From the IMG/VR virus record IMGVR_UViG_3300037587_000500, positions 1 to 42,379 of that record: a stretch of DNA of 42,379 bases. One strand, written 5' to 3'. The number at the start of each line of letters is the position of its first letter. The stretch's first letter is position 1. Source of the stretch: a virus (taxonomy: Duplodnaviria > Caudoviricetes). Below the pieces are notes generated by a model that saw only the letters and a list, made by a program, of their open reading frames with translations, made no database searches and had not been told where the DNA came from. Positions 27,801 through 34,913 of the stretch are shown here, in pieces. A program made the position numbers and the translations under genes.

Positions 27801-28247
27801 ACCAATGTCGCAGCAAAGGCCATGTTCCTGTTCACCCTGCCGGTCCTGTTCGAGATGATGATGCGCGGTGAGTTCGGCGCCGATGAAGAGCCTGAAGAGA
27901 CTTTGCAGAAGATGCTCACAAAAGTCGCGATGTTCCCAGTGCAGTCGATACCGTTCGTGCGTGACATCGCCAACGGTGCGACCGGCGAGTTTGGCTATAA
28001 CATCTCACCTCTGGCGTCTATCATTGAGCAGGGTACCCGGTCGATCCCGGCAGTGATCACACGCGGGTTCACCGATGAAGAGATCACCAAGGGGCAGATT
28101 AAAGGCGCCACCAAGTTCATCGGTGCTGCGGTGGGGATACCAGGCACCGGGCAGGCGTGGGCAACTGGTGAGCATTTATTCGAAGTGATTGCAGACGGTG
28201 AAGACTTCACCATGCATCAGTTGCTATTTGGGCCAGAACGTGACTAA
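21819..28247 (+). CDS. Large polyvalent ejection protein (LPD22-like, ART-PolyVal-like and zincin HExxH domains)
   Basis: NPD..AHDDID N-terminus; LYHGT..GVFLS..ANSYA..VFDPTKIRS; STFLHEFAH..HEQFARGFE; GGYYPVKYD. Confidence 0.85.
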   Translation: MPLDLEKIDLGSFGIGDDLAQTQQDTQLNASITEAVKINPDQQAKTTSLSEQSGVPVFAVEDNPTEVEDQLKLDQIDISGMSKRSPNTAKYLTDFNNASIAHDDIDILQSIEDIFDFSKTFENIGESITTGFSAQVTGMNAAGVDMTPTRIQDLIPASGLPIGMEFEAALMSQELASNLGIDTDEQLQAAKVEATDQMLGTLRELQAKKKALTPEDLNLLEEGVRAGVESLANMAPGFGLMLLSGGRAAPLLATIGVQTFGDSYGQGRAEGLTPEQSAWFASINAAIEVGTEVLPTGTLETILTGKSTGLTKSALKFLVQEMGTEQLATLGQSINEFAFGLDEQMEQAESIEEKVQIQLRRQAVTAIATIVAGGTQAVAVTGVRKTIEAVAQQGNANQNQGDTEQRNLDRLNETAQKSKLRERNKESFKQFVEEADGENNTNVFIDAAQTSLYLQTKTREEIEADPALKLLNEQVREAADLGGEVVLPVAEFTTEIAGTEHFEQLRDSMTMSEATIAPFRQEQVQQETQSYIRTLLDEASENASEFVEAQEIFTTVRDQLVDTGQITPANASIMAQLVPAWATAQARRLGKTVQQVYAEAGLTIEGPLTGEAVRLEAERGLLTQEQINLDFGAAEEVGFQGGTHGEAQQWVAAKQKGLDLSENSRKARAVEQGFDVDQVLYHGTAADFSEFNVDAATGKSFDTGVFLSDNQQVANSYAGKNNGRVIPTYIKAENPLEVIVDEGTNWDDLTDENSTVNLPSGESTSLSELFDFPIDESVSTDDLMRNARSAGFDVVTVQGLRDIGGATRGVDLTDVGPSTITAVFDPTKIRSVNAAFDPDAAESADLLAQAPAAPLEQPTTPDAPGARGYYDPANSIIRLTEAADLSTFLHEFAHFMYEMEVNGNTEMLQSINSWYKRNADDVAKEANRYLTAKGFDAEKQVGTEPGDTVTTAEVVTYLDTMSTGDRDKDSAIRRAVHEQFARGFETYLMEGTAPSIELRNAFRTFARWLSQIYQNARGRLDVNLDFEMRQVFDRMLATEEQIAAAEARQRIEPMFTDAAMAGITEEEFTDYEQRRGKVKDVQAETLRDKMIKQLTRQTQKWWNDEKRDIIDEETDALQKEQVHAARARLKDGDIKLDFAGTKAMVGEEKTDKLGRKSIVMPPKLRGMTVKEHQGLHPDEAAAILGYSSGSELLDDLVNAPSLKEAAEVKAEARMVERHGDILTDGTIEREADEAVQSEERGKLLLHELKIVARGTNAPTVDRATIKAIAVERIGKLPFRQIHPGKYRKAEIKAAQEASRMLAEGNRDGAAQAKMRQVVNYYLGLEATVAKNETTKIVDRMGRYGKKKVREEIQKAEGGYWEQIVKILDRFEFRKSATLKQVEAVNQDINTWMKERIEIDGDALVITNAVLNEAFVTHWKNVPFAELQGISDSVKNIEHVARYANRITRMQEEVDFNKLVDRWVNSMDEKVKTRFKSKRTDVAEGRKFGRYLMAQMTKIPFMASWLDGGERVGISHQILVQPMTDAYAAEIDLWEKTGKPVMELIENRSKADIKRHNTKIFIPEIDDNLYGHQIIAVALNTGNESNLRKLLLGEGWADPDSDFGINLQNQQLQAVLTHMTKSDWELVQNIWDQMDTLFPQLAEVHRRTTGLTPPKIEATPVETAFGTFKGGYYPVKYDPNRDHRAQLNEDKLNAQTESMFSNNASIQSSVNTGATNERTGYFAPIRLSLDVVPAHFQEAIHYITHHDPVREVNRLIRNKRVAQTIKEKLGPEEYAQLNPWLNDIAKDGREAPTKMFWDDMLQRLRFGVTLGAMGFKASTGIIQISGLSNSVAELGLAPVMKSMRMILGSPRTIREAWDFASENSKVMKHRTQTMDREIKNAMKRIEGKRGVLAAVQEASMKHIAMIQTYMVDLPTWHAAYTVEMERSGDETKAFQHADFVVESVQGSGATKDLARIMRGQAETGRMFTMFMTFFSSLWNLERDLVKGARSGRYSTTNVAAKAMFLFTLPVLFEMMMRGEFGADEEPEETLQKMLTKVAMFPVQSIPFVRDIANGATGEFGYNISPLASIIEQGTRSIPAVITRGFTDEEITKGQIKGATKFIGAAVGIPGTGQAWATGEHLFEVIADGEDFTMHQLLFGPERD

Positions 28248-28283
28248 TGGTAAACTCGTGTCATCAACCATCGGAGCGTCAGT

Positions 28284-30662
28284 ATGACAGTCAACACGCA
28301 GAACATCACATCAGGTCCGTTCGTCGGCAATGACATCGCGACCCAGTTTTCTTACACGTTCCGAGTAGAGGATAAAACTCAGCTGGCAGTGTTCGAAACC
28401 GATCTGGCGGGGGCTCGGACTCAGCTGACTGTCGACACTGACTACACTGTAGGTGGCATCGGCACCGATGGTGGGGGTCTGGTCACCCGTGTGGCGGGGG
28501 CACTGCCTCTGAATTTCGAGTGGTTCATTCGAGCAGATTACCAGTCAACTCAACTGACGGCTTTCCCGTCACAGGGTCCATTCTTTCCCGACGTGCATGA
28601 AGCGTCGTTCGATCAATTGACATTCCTGATTCAACAGTTGGAAGATGCTCGGGATCGATCGTTCAAATTATCAGACACTACTGACATCGACGGTGTGTTT
28701 TCGATTACCCAAGACGCAACTGGGCGTGCTAACAAGTTCCTATCATTCGATGCTAGCGGAAACCTGGTTGTCTCAACTGATCCCGCAGTATTGCCATCAT
28801 CATCCGAGATTGATCTGTCAGGCACGAAGGCGGTTCTGGTCGGAAAGTCGCTTGACAGTGGTGTCACTGCGTTCACACAAGGGTACAACGTCGCGGGTGA
28901 TCGGGGCGGCAGACCCTACCTGATTAAGACTGCCGCACAAGCGGGTTTGGATGGTGACGTGATCGACGGGTTCGGAAACTTGACCCTTGCGAACGGTAAC
29001 GTTGCGATAATGCAGTACTCAGAAGGTGTACTCCATAGTAAGTGGTTTGGTGCTAAAGGAGATGCCGATTATGCAGAGTGGGTAGCATCTCAGACAACAA
29101 ATAACTCAACAAACGAGTACGCAAATATTCAGGCTATGTTGACTCGTTCGACAGATGATAACGTACCAGCAACTATTGACGAAGGTACATTTCTCCTAGA
29201 TCCACCAGATAGACTAGTGCATAAAACTCTTGTTGGTGAGCGTTCTTATTTATACGGCGCTGGTGTTGAAAAGACGTTTATCTTCAATACACTATTTACT
29301 GCTGCGGGCGATCTATTTAGTTCTCAGATTATAGGTGGTCCAACTAGCGGAGTATCTCATTACGAAGGATTCACGATTCTTGAAACACATCAAGGAGATC
29401 TGGACGGAACTGGCGGGGTTAACGGAGTCACAAACGCAAACGGTGAAGGGATAGTCGTCAAAAACCTAGAGGTCTTGAAATGCGGTAACCGCGCTATAGG
29501 TGTAGAATCTAATCCAAAAATCGTAAAGATTGCAGAGTTTGAAAATGTTTATGTAAGAGATGCTTGGAAAAACGGGATTATAGTTAACGGGTTAGATCAA
29601 ACAGGTACGATTAAGGCTAGGATCAGTTTCAACAATGTTGAAGTGAATGGGTATAATCTTATCGCAAATGAGATTGGCGGTCTTGACGATCAAAATCAAG
29701 GCGTATCAATTCCGTTCCCGGCTGGAGCAATACCAACAGTTGATATATCCACACCTTTAAGGATTAAAAATGGGTTTGCTCAAGCGTTCTCTTATCTCGG
29801 ACCTAACCTAAGTGGCAAGATAATTGTAAGAGACATTGAAACGCCGGATGCTGCATCTTTTACTCAGACTGCTGCGGTATTTGTATCTGCTAAGTCTAAT
29901 GTTTGCATCGATGCGGATATAGATGGTGTCATTGGGGGCGGGGGTTTGCTGACTATTGCAGGGGATGCAGATATCACTAAAATATCAGCTCTTCGCGTAA
30001 GGAATGCCGATCTATACGACTTCAGGAACGGATCAGAGTTTCATGGTGTAGGTTTTGATCTGTTTAGAACTGACGATAAACCCAATATCGCTGTAGCTGC
30101 TAAAGGTAAGCTAGCAGGATGTGTGATAATCGGACGTAAGCCGTTTGGCACTACATCAAACGCTTTCTTACATCCTAACGGAACACTAATAACCTATGAC
30201 GGCTGTAGAATCGAAACTACTGGTGACGGAGCAGGTAATCAGTTTTATTTAGGGACTGAGTTCACAGATCTTCGGAAACATTGGGATGTATCTAAGTTGC
30301 CAGATATGTGGTTTCCTGTTGGCGGTTCTACTCTTGCAACAAATAGAGAAGGCCAGGGTGGGGTAAGAATCCAAGGTGTCTCCCCTAATGCTGTTGGATT
30401 CATACAGGCAGATACCATTGTTGATTCAGGTGCCGGTACTTATACAATCAAGGCTAAATTAAGTGCAGCTTCTGGAACTATGCGGGTATATATCAGTGAC
30501 GGTACAGTAACAAATTTGCAGGTTTTGCAACTGACAAACACAACAGAACAGACAGTATCTGGGATTACCTTCAATTCTGATAATGTGACGTTTAAGATAG
30601 GCCGTACAGATTCGCTATCGACGGATAGCGTGTTGGAATATTTGAGGCTCACACAACCATAA
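28284..30662 (+). CDS. Tail fibre/tailspike with beta-helix (depolymerase-like)
   Basis: T7-gp17-type anchor (GND..FSYTF..DYTV..DQLT); KWFGAKGD beta-helix start; AT-richer C-terminal part. Confidence 0.85.
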   Translation: MTVNTQNITSGPFVGNDIATQFSYTFRVEDKTQLAVFETDLAGARTQLTVDTDYTVGGIGTDGGGLVTRVAGALPLNFEWFIRADYQSTQLTAFPSQGPFFPDVHEASFDQLTFLIQQLEDARDRSFKLSDTTDIDGVFSITQDATGRANKFLSFDASGNLVVSTDPAVLPSSSEIDLSGTKAVLVGKSLDSGVTAFTQGYNVAGDRGGRPYLIKTAAQAGLDGDVIDGFGNLTLANGNVAIMQYSEGVLHSKWFGAKGDADYAEWVASQTTNNSTNEYANIQAMLTRSTDDNVPATIDEGTFLLDPPDRLVHKTLVGERSYLYGAGVEKTFIFNTLFTAAGDLFSSQIIGGPTSGVSHYEGFTILETHQGDLDGTGGVNGVTNANGEGIVVKNLEVLKCGNRAIGVESNPKIVKIAEFENVYVRDAWKNGIIVNGLDQTGTIKARISFNNVEVNGYNLIANEIGGLDDQNQGVSIPFPAGAIPTVDISTPLRIKNGFAQAFSYLGPNLSGKIIVRDIETPDAASFTQTAAVFVSAKSNVCIDADIDGVIGGGGLLTIAGDADITKISALRVRNADLYDFRNGSEFHGVGFDLFRTDDKPNIAVAAKGKLAGCVIIGRKPFGTTSNAFLHPNGTLITYDGCRIETTGDGAGNQFYLGTEFTDLRKHWDVSKLPDMWFPVGGSTLATNREGQGGVRIQGVSPNAVGFIQADTIVDSGAGTYTIKAKLSAASGTMRVYISDGTVTNLQVLQLTNTTEQTVSGITFNSDNVTFKIGRTDSLSTDSVLEYLRLTQP

Positions 30663-30672
30663 CGGTGACAAC

Positions 30673-31122
30673 ATGATCATCACAGTCAGAAGGTTCCTGT
30701 CGAACAGCGATGCCACACTGTCAGAAGTTAAGATCGACGGGCTGCGTCAATGCTACGGACTTGAGGATGAGCACCGTGATGTCAAAGTCAACGGTGAGAC
30801 TCGCATTCCTGCAGGCGCATACAAGATCGGCATCAGAGCTGAGGGCGGTTTTCACAACCGGTACAGCAAGAAGTTCGCTGAGATCCACCGAGGTATGCTG
30901 TATGTGCTCGATGTGCCGGGGTTCGATTACATCCTGATCCACGTCGGCAACACTGACGATGACACCGCTGGGTGCTTGCTGGTCGGGCAGACCTGCTTGG
31001 GAACTCCTGACGTGCTGACTGTGGGTTCATCAGTGCTTGCTTACAAGTCACTATATCAAGCGGTGATCGATGCGGCACTGGTTGATGACTTGGTGATTCA
31101 TTATATTGATGGGGATCGGTGA
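30673..31122 (+). CDS. DUF5675-family putative endolysin
   Basis: TRIPAGAY; ILIHVGNTDDDTAGCLLVG (His/Cys, YkuD-like). Confidence 0.8.
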   Translation: MIITVRRFLSNSDATLSEVKIDGLRQCYGLEDEHRDVKVNGETRIPAGAYKIGIRAEGGFHNRYSKKFAEIHRGMLYVLDVPGFDYILIHVGNTDDDTAGCLLVGQTCLGTPDVLTVGSSVLAYKSLYQAVIDAALVDDLVIHYIDGDR

Positions 31123-31123
31123 C

Positions 31124-31483
31124 ATGAGCATTATGTCGTTTTTAACTGGTGGGGTTGTTGGCTCTCTTGAGCGCATAGCTAGTGAGTTCATTGAAACTGA
31201 TATGGAGTCGGCTGAAGCCAAGGCTCTGATGATCAAGACTCTTGACCCTAACGGCAAGATGCGTCGGGATTTGTCGCGGTTCGCTAATCGGGCATACGGG
31301 TTTTACTTAGCTGTGATGACGGCACTGGCGATGGCTCACGCGTTTGATCTGGGAGTCGCTACCCAAACAAAAGAGGCTATGGAATCCATGTCCGGACTGT
31401 TCCTGCCGATCACAGGGGGCTGGACGGCAATCGTCTCGGCGTCATTTGGCGTCAATTATGCTAACGTCAAGAAAAACAAGTAA
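31124..31483 (+). CDS. Putative holin
   Basis: Two hydrophobic segments, basic C-terminus, next to the endolysin. Confidence 0.65.
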   Translation: MSIMSFLTGGVVGSLERIASEFIETDMESAEAKALMIKTLDPNGKMRRDLSRFANRAYGFYLAVMTALAMAHAFDLGVATQTKEAMESMSGLFLPITGGWTAIVSASFGVNYANVKKNK

Positions 31484-31492
31484 GGATGCACC

Positions 31493-31861
31493 ATGTCGAA
31501 CGGTGATGATGTGACTCGTTGTACTGATGAAAAACTGTTCCAACTCTGTAAGGATTTTGAAGAGCACAAGGAGCGTTTTGAGAAGCATGAGCAGCGTGAA
31601 ACTGCCACGTTCGGCAGGATACTCGACGCGCAACATGAGAACACCAAGGCGATCGGTAATTTGACAGGACAAATCACAAGCCTGGTCACTGAAACACGCG
31701 CCTCAGTACAACTCACCCGTGACCTTGAAGGCATCACTAGGGTCGGGTCAGGTGTACAGCGGTTCGCGATATGGTGCCTGAAGTGGGGTGGCATACTCGG
31801 TGGCCTGGGTGTCGGCATCAGCTGGATCATTGATCACTTCAGCAAGCACCCGCCGAGCTAG
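31493..31861 (+). CDS. Coiled-coil protein with C-terminal TM segment (lysis-associated)
   Basis: Charged helical N-terminus; FAIWCLKWGGILGGLGVGISWII. Confidence 0.65.
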   Translation: MSNGDDVTRCTDEKLFQLCKDFEEHKERFEKHEQRETATFGRILDAQHENTKAIGNLTGQITSLVTETRASVQLTRDLEGITRVGSGVQRFAIWCLKWGGILGGLGVGISWIIDHFSKHPPS

Positions 31862-33351
31862 AAAAAGTTAATGTCTAAGTCATTCGTCGTGATGCCGCGG
31901 CGATACCGATCGATCGCTGACTTCAACCCTTCCTGGTCATCAACCTTCCGTTCCAGGGCATCAGCAACAGCCAGATCCACAGTATCAGCGCATAAGATCC
32001 TGATGATCGATACGGGTCGAGTCTGACCCTGCCGGTTGATGCGACCGTTCATCTGCTCATACAACTCAAGCGACCAGTTCAACCCGAACCACACCAGGAT
32101 TGACCCGCTGTCCTGCAAGCCATCGACACCATGCCCCATCGATGCCGGGTGGCCGACCAACAGCTTGATCTGACCGCTGTTCCATTTGTTGATGATCGCC
32201 TCAGTATCCTTCGACGGTGTGTTGGTCAGGTTGATCGGTCGATACTTTTTAAACCGCTTCATTATCCGCTCAGCATCAGCCTTAAAGGTGTAGCTGCAGA
32301 GCACGGGGGCGCCACCGGCTTCCTCAAGCACGTCTTCAAGTGCATCCAGCTTTGCATCGTGCAGTGCTTCGAACTCAGATGACTCACTGCTCAGGTACGG
32401 TGACCCGTTCGCAAATTGCAGACACTTATTCGACACACTGCTGCGGCTGAACACTTCAATCTCTTGACCGCTGTCGAGCTGCGTGAACATGTGCTTCTCG
32501 ACTTCCTTGTATGATTTACGTGTAGCTGCAGGCAGCTCGACCATGACGTTCGTGACCTTGCACTCAGGCAGATCCAGGTAATCAGCAGCGTCCATCTTCT
32601 TTGTGATGTCGCTGATCTTGTGCTCGATCCATTGCTTGCCGAGGTCTGTCGGTGAGTAGTTCCACCCGCTGTAATCCGACATGAAATAGTTGTCTTTGTA
32701 ATGGGTAACGAACTCACCCAGGCGCTCACCCCCATCGACAGCCAGGAACTGTCCGAACAGATCCAGATACCCGTTGCTTGCCGGGGTGCCGGTCAACCCG
32801 GTGCGGTACTTGAAGTGTGGGATGATCTTGCGCCAACCGGTGACCTTGATCTTGACCGCTTCGCCCCTCCCATCTTTGCGGTCGCGGGTTCCGCCGGCCA
32901 TGCGCAGTGTGGTGCTGTTCTTCAGCTTCGACACTTCGTCATACACCACCATCTGAAACGGCAGCGGCTTGTCTTGTGATAGGTAGTAGTGGTCGAGTTC
33001 CTGGGCCAGCCAGTTCATCGATTCATAGTTGATGAGGTACACGTCGGCATCAGCGAACAAAGCGCGACCTCGCTTCTCCCTGGTGCCGTGGATCACGCTG
33101 AAGCGCAGATGCTTAGTGTGCGACCACTTGCGTGCCTCACGTGCCCACACCGCCTGTATGACCCGCAGTGGTCCGAAGATCAGAGTCTTCTGCACTTGAC
33201 CGCTGCGCATCCGGTCGACCATGGTGGTGAGCGTGATCGGTGTCTTGCCCAGCCCCATCTGCAACCACAACATTGAGTCGGGGTGCTGCAGCTGGTGCAT
33301 GACACACTCGCGCTGGTAGTCGTGGAGCTGTTGGGGAATGAGTAGTGTCAT
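31858..33351 (-). CDS. SNF2-family helicase
   Basis: MGLGKT, VVYDEVS, GLTGTP, HPASMGHGVDGLQ, QMNGRINRQG. Confidence 0.92.
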   Translation of the reverse strand: MTLLIPQQLHDYQRECVMHQLQHPDSMLWLQMGLGKTPITLTTMVDRMRSGQVQKTLIFGPLRVIQAVWAREARKWSHTKHLRFSVIHGTREKRGRALFADADVYLINYESMNWLAQELDHYYLSQDKPLPFQMVVYDEVSKLKNSTTLRMAGGTRDRKDGRGEAVKIKVTGWRKIIPHFKYRTGLTGTPASNGYLDLFGQFLAVDGGERLGEFVTHYKDNYFMSDYSGWNYSPTDLGKQWIEHKISDITKKMDAADYLDLPECKVTNVMVELPAATRKSYKEVEKHMFTQLDSGQEIEVFSRSSVSNKCLQFANGSPYLSSESSEFEALHDAKLDALEDVLEEAGGAPVLCSYTFKADAERIMKRFKKYRPINLTNTPSKDTEAIINKWNSGQIKLLVGHPASMGHGVDGLQDSGSILVWFGLNWSLELYEQMNGRINRQGQTRPVSIIRILCADTVDLAVADALERKVDDQEGLKSAIDRYRRGITTNDLDINFF

Positions 33352-33674
33352 CCGACCACACCCCTCACCGTCGCCATGTGCTGCATCATCTTGATCATCT
33401 CAGCGATCAGTTCATCAACCTGCTGCTCACCGTAGACGATCGTCGCTCTGAACCCGAGCACAGTCATCCGGGTGCGCTCACGCTGCTGTGCTGGCGACTC
33501 AACCCCGTCGACAGTTTTAATTTCGCAGAGCCACAGCAGCCCGCCAGGCAGGAGCACCAGTCGGTCGGCAACACCGTCGTGACCGGGGCTGACGAACTTC
33601 CTGGTGACACCACCGAGTAGCAGCTTGACCTGGTCGTCGAGGTACCGTTCGACTTTGTTCTCACGGACGCCCAT
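33348..33674 (-). CDS. VRR-NUC domain nuclease
   Basis: RENKVE..KFVSPGHDGVADRLVL..LCEIKT..SPAQ; start set at MGVRE. Confidence 0.88.
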   Translation of the reverse strand: MGVRENKVERYLDDQVKLLLGGVTRKFVSPGHDGVADRLVLLPGGLLWLCEIKTVDGVESPAQQRERTRMTVLGFRATIVYGEQQVDELIAEMIKMMQHMATVRGVVG

Positions 33675-33675
33675 G

Positions 33676-34032
33676 TCAAATTTCCGAGAAACAGTGTTCA
33701 CTCGGTTTTGGCAACACCGGTTGAACTTCTGTGAGATTGATTGCGATCTCAGCGATGGCAATTTGCGCCTTGAGAATCGACAGGTGGCGATTCTTGCGAA
33801 TCTGAAACGACCTGAATGCTTCGGTTTTGGTTGGGTAACACAACCGTTTTCGTGCATTCTTCGACACCCACTTTTTGTACTGCTCAAGAATCACGGCGGC
33901 ACCCATTGGTGAATTATCGTAAGACTGATTGACCCAGTAACCACATGGTGTCTCACGTAGCACTTTATAGGTTCGTAAAACCAGCTTGACGGTGTCAGTG
34001 AAGTTCATAGCGTCGTATCGATAGTGATCCAT
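33676..34032 (-). CDS. Conserved-looking phage hypothetical protein
   Basis: VLRETPCGYWV...KKWVSKNARKRLCYPTKTEAFRSF; coupled to the upstream gene. Confidence 0.75.
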   Translation of the reverse strand: MDHYRYDAMNFTDTVKLVLRTYKVLRETPCGYWVNQSYDNSPMGAAVILEQYKKWVSKNARKRLCYPTKTEAFRSFQIRKNRHLSILKAQIAIAEIAINLTEVQPVLPKPSEHCFSEI

Positions 34033-34379
34033 CAGTGCTTCCTCAACGGCGTCATGTTGGATTTATGTGACGTGATTTCGAGGCTCAGGTGCTCGATGCA
34101 TGCGTTGATGCCATTCAGTGATGCTTGTTTGAACACCTCAACCAGCACTGTGCTTGTTTCAACCTCATCACGTAGCATCATCATCTGACCCAGCGCAGCA
34201 ACAGGGTTGCCCGCGTACATCTTCGACACCTGCTTCTCAGTCTCAAGGTCAGCGGTGGCCGGGTGCAGCGTAGTGACGCTGAGCATGTGACCCTGCTGAA
34301 TCATCTCTTCCAGCTGGTCAGACGCGACGAACTCACGCGACTCACCGTTGCTGAATTGGATTGTTACCGTGGTGTTCAT
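34032..34379 (-). CDS. Hypothetical protein
   Basis: ORF track; ATGA and TGATG overlaps with neighbours. Confidence 0.75.
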   Translation of the reverse strand: MNTTVTIQFSNGESREFVASDQLEEMIQQGHMLSVTTLHPATADLETEKQVSKMYAGNPVAALGQMMMLRDEVETSTVLVEVFKQASLNGINACIEHLSLEITSHKSNMTPLRKH

Positions 34380-34852
34380 TCGCCCGTGCTCCCAAAGCCG
34401 CCAGCGCCGCGGTCGGTCACTGCGCTGTGACCGAACGACTCACACGCTTTAGCTAGCACACACTGTTCGATAATCAGCTGCGCGATCCTATCACCGTGAT
34501 TGATGTGAAACTCTTCATCACCAGTGTTGAGCAGTATCACACCGATCTCACCCTGATAGTCCTCATCGATCACACCTGCCAGCACATCAATGCCGTACTT
34601 GTTTGCCAGCCCTGAGCGTGGGGCGATGCGACCATAGATGTCGCAACCCCGTGGTAGATCCCAGCTCCAACCGGTTTTGATCAGCATCCTTTCACCCGGT
34701 AATATGAACACGCCACCTGACATTTTGTTCCAGCCCGGAATGGTCACATCCATCTGCATAAGGTTGGCGCACAGATCCAGACCGGCTGAGTGCGGTGCGC
34801 CGCGTGATGGCAGTGGCAGGTCGTGGTCGAACGTGCGGATAAATTTGATCAT
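34376..34852 (-). CDS. dut: Trimeric dUTPase
   Basis: All five motifs: AGLDL, PRSGLA, GVIDEDYQGE, GDRIAQL, RGAGGFGSTG. Confidence 0.95.
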   Translation of the reverse strand: MIKFIRTFDHDLPLPSRGAPHSAGLDLCANLMQMDVTIPGWNKMSGGVFILPGERMLIKTGWSWDLPRGCDIYGRIAPRSGLANKYGIDVLAGVIDEDYQGEIGVILLNTGDEEFHINHGDRIAQLIIEQCVLAKACESFGHSAVTDRGAGGFGSTGE

Positions 34853-34884
34853 CGTCGTCACCTCAGTTAATTAAACACACTCGA

Positions 34885-34913
34885 ACTGTAGAACAATGTC
34901 CCACATCAGTCAA
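34885..34913 (-). promoter_or_regulatory. sigma70 promoter for dut, with two TGTnnnACA boxes
   Basis: TTGACT-17-TACAGT; TGTAGAACA 34887-95 and TGTCCCACA 34897-905. Confidence 0.7.

Noticed and set aside
28284-31861. Diversity-generating retroelement as in BPP-1
   Set aside because: No reverse transcriptase, Avd or TR/VR adenine-variant repeat pair seen
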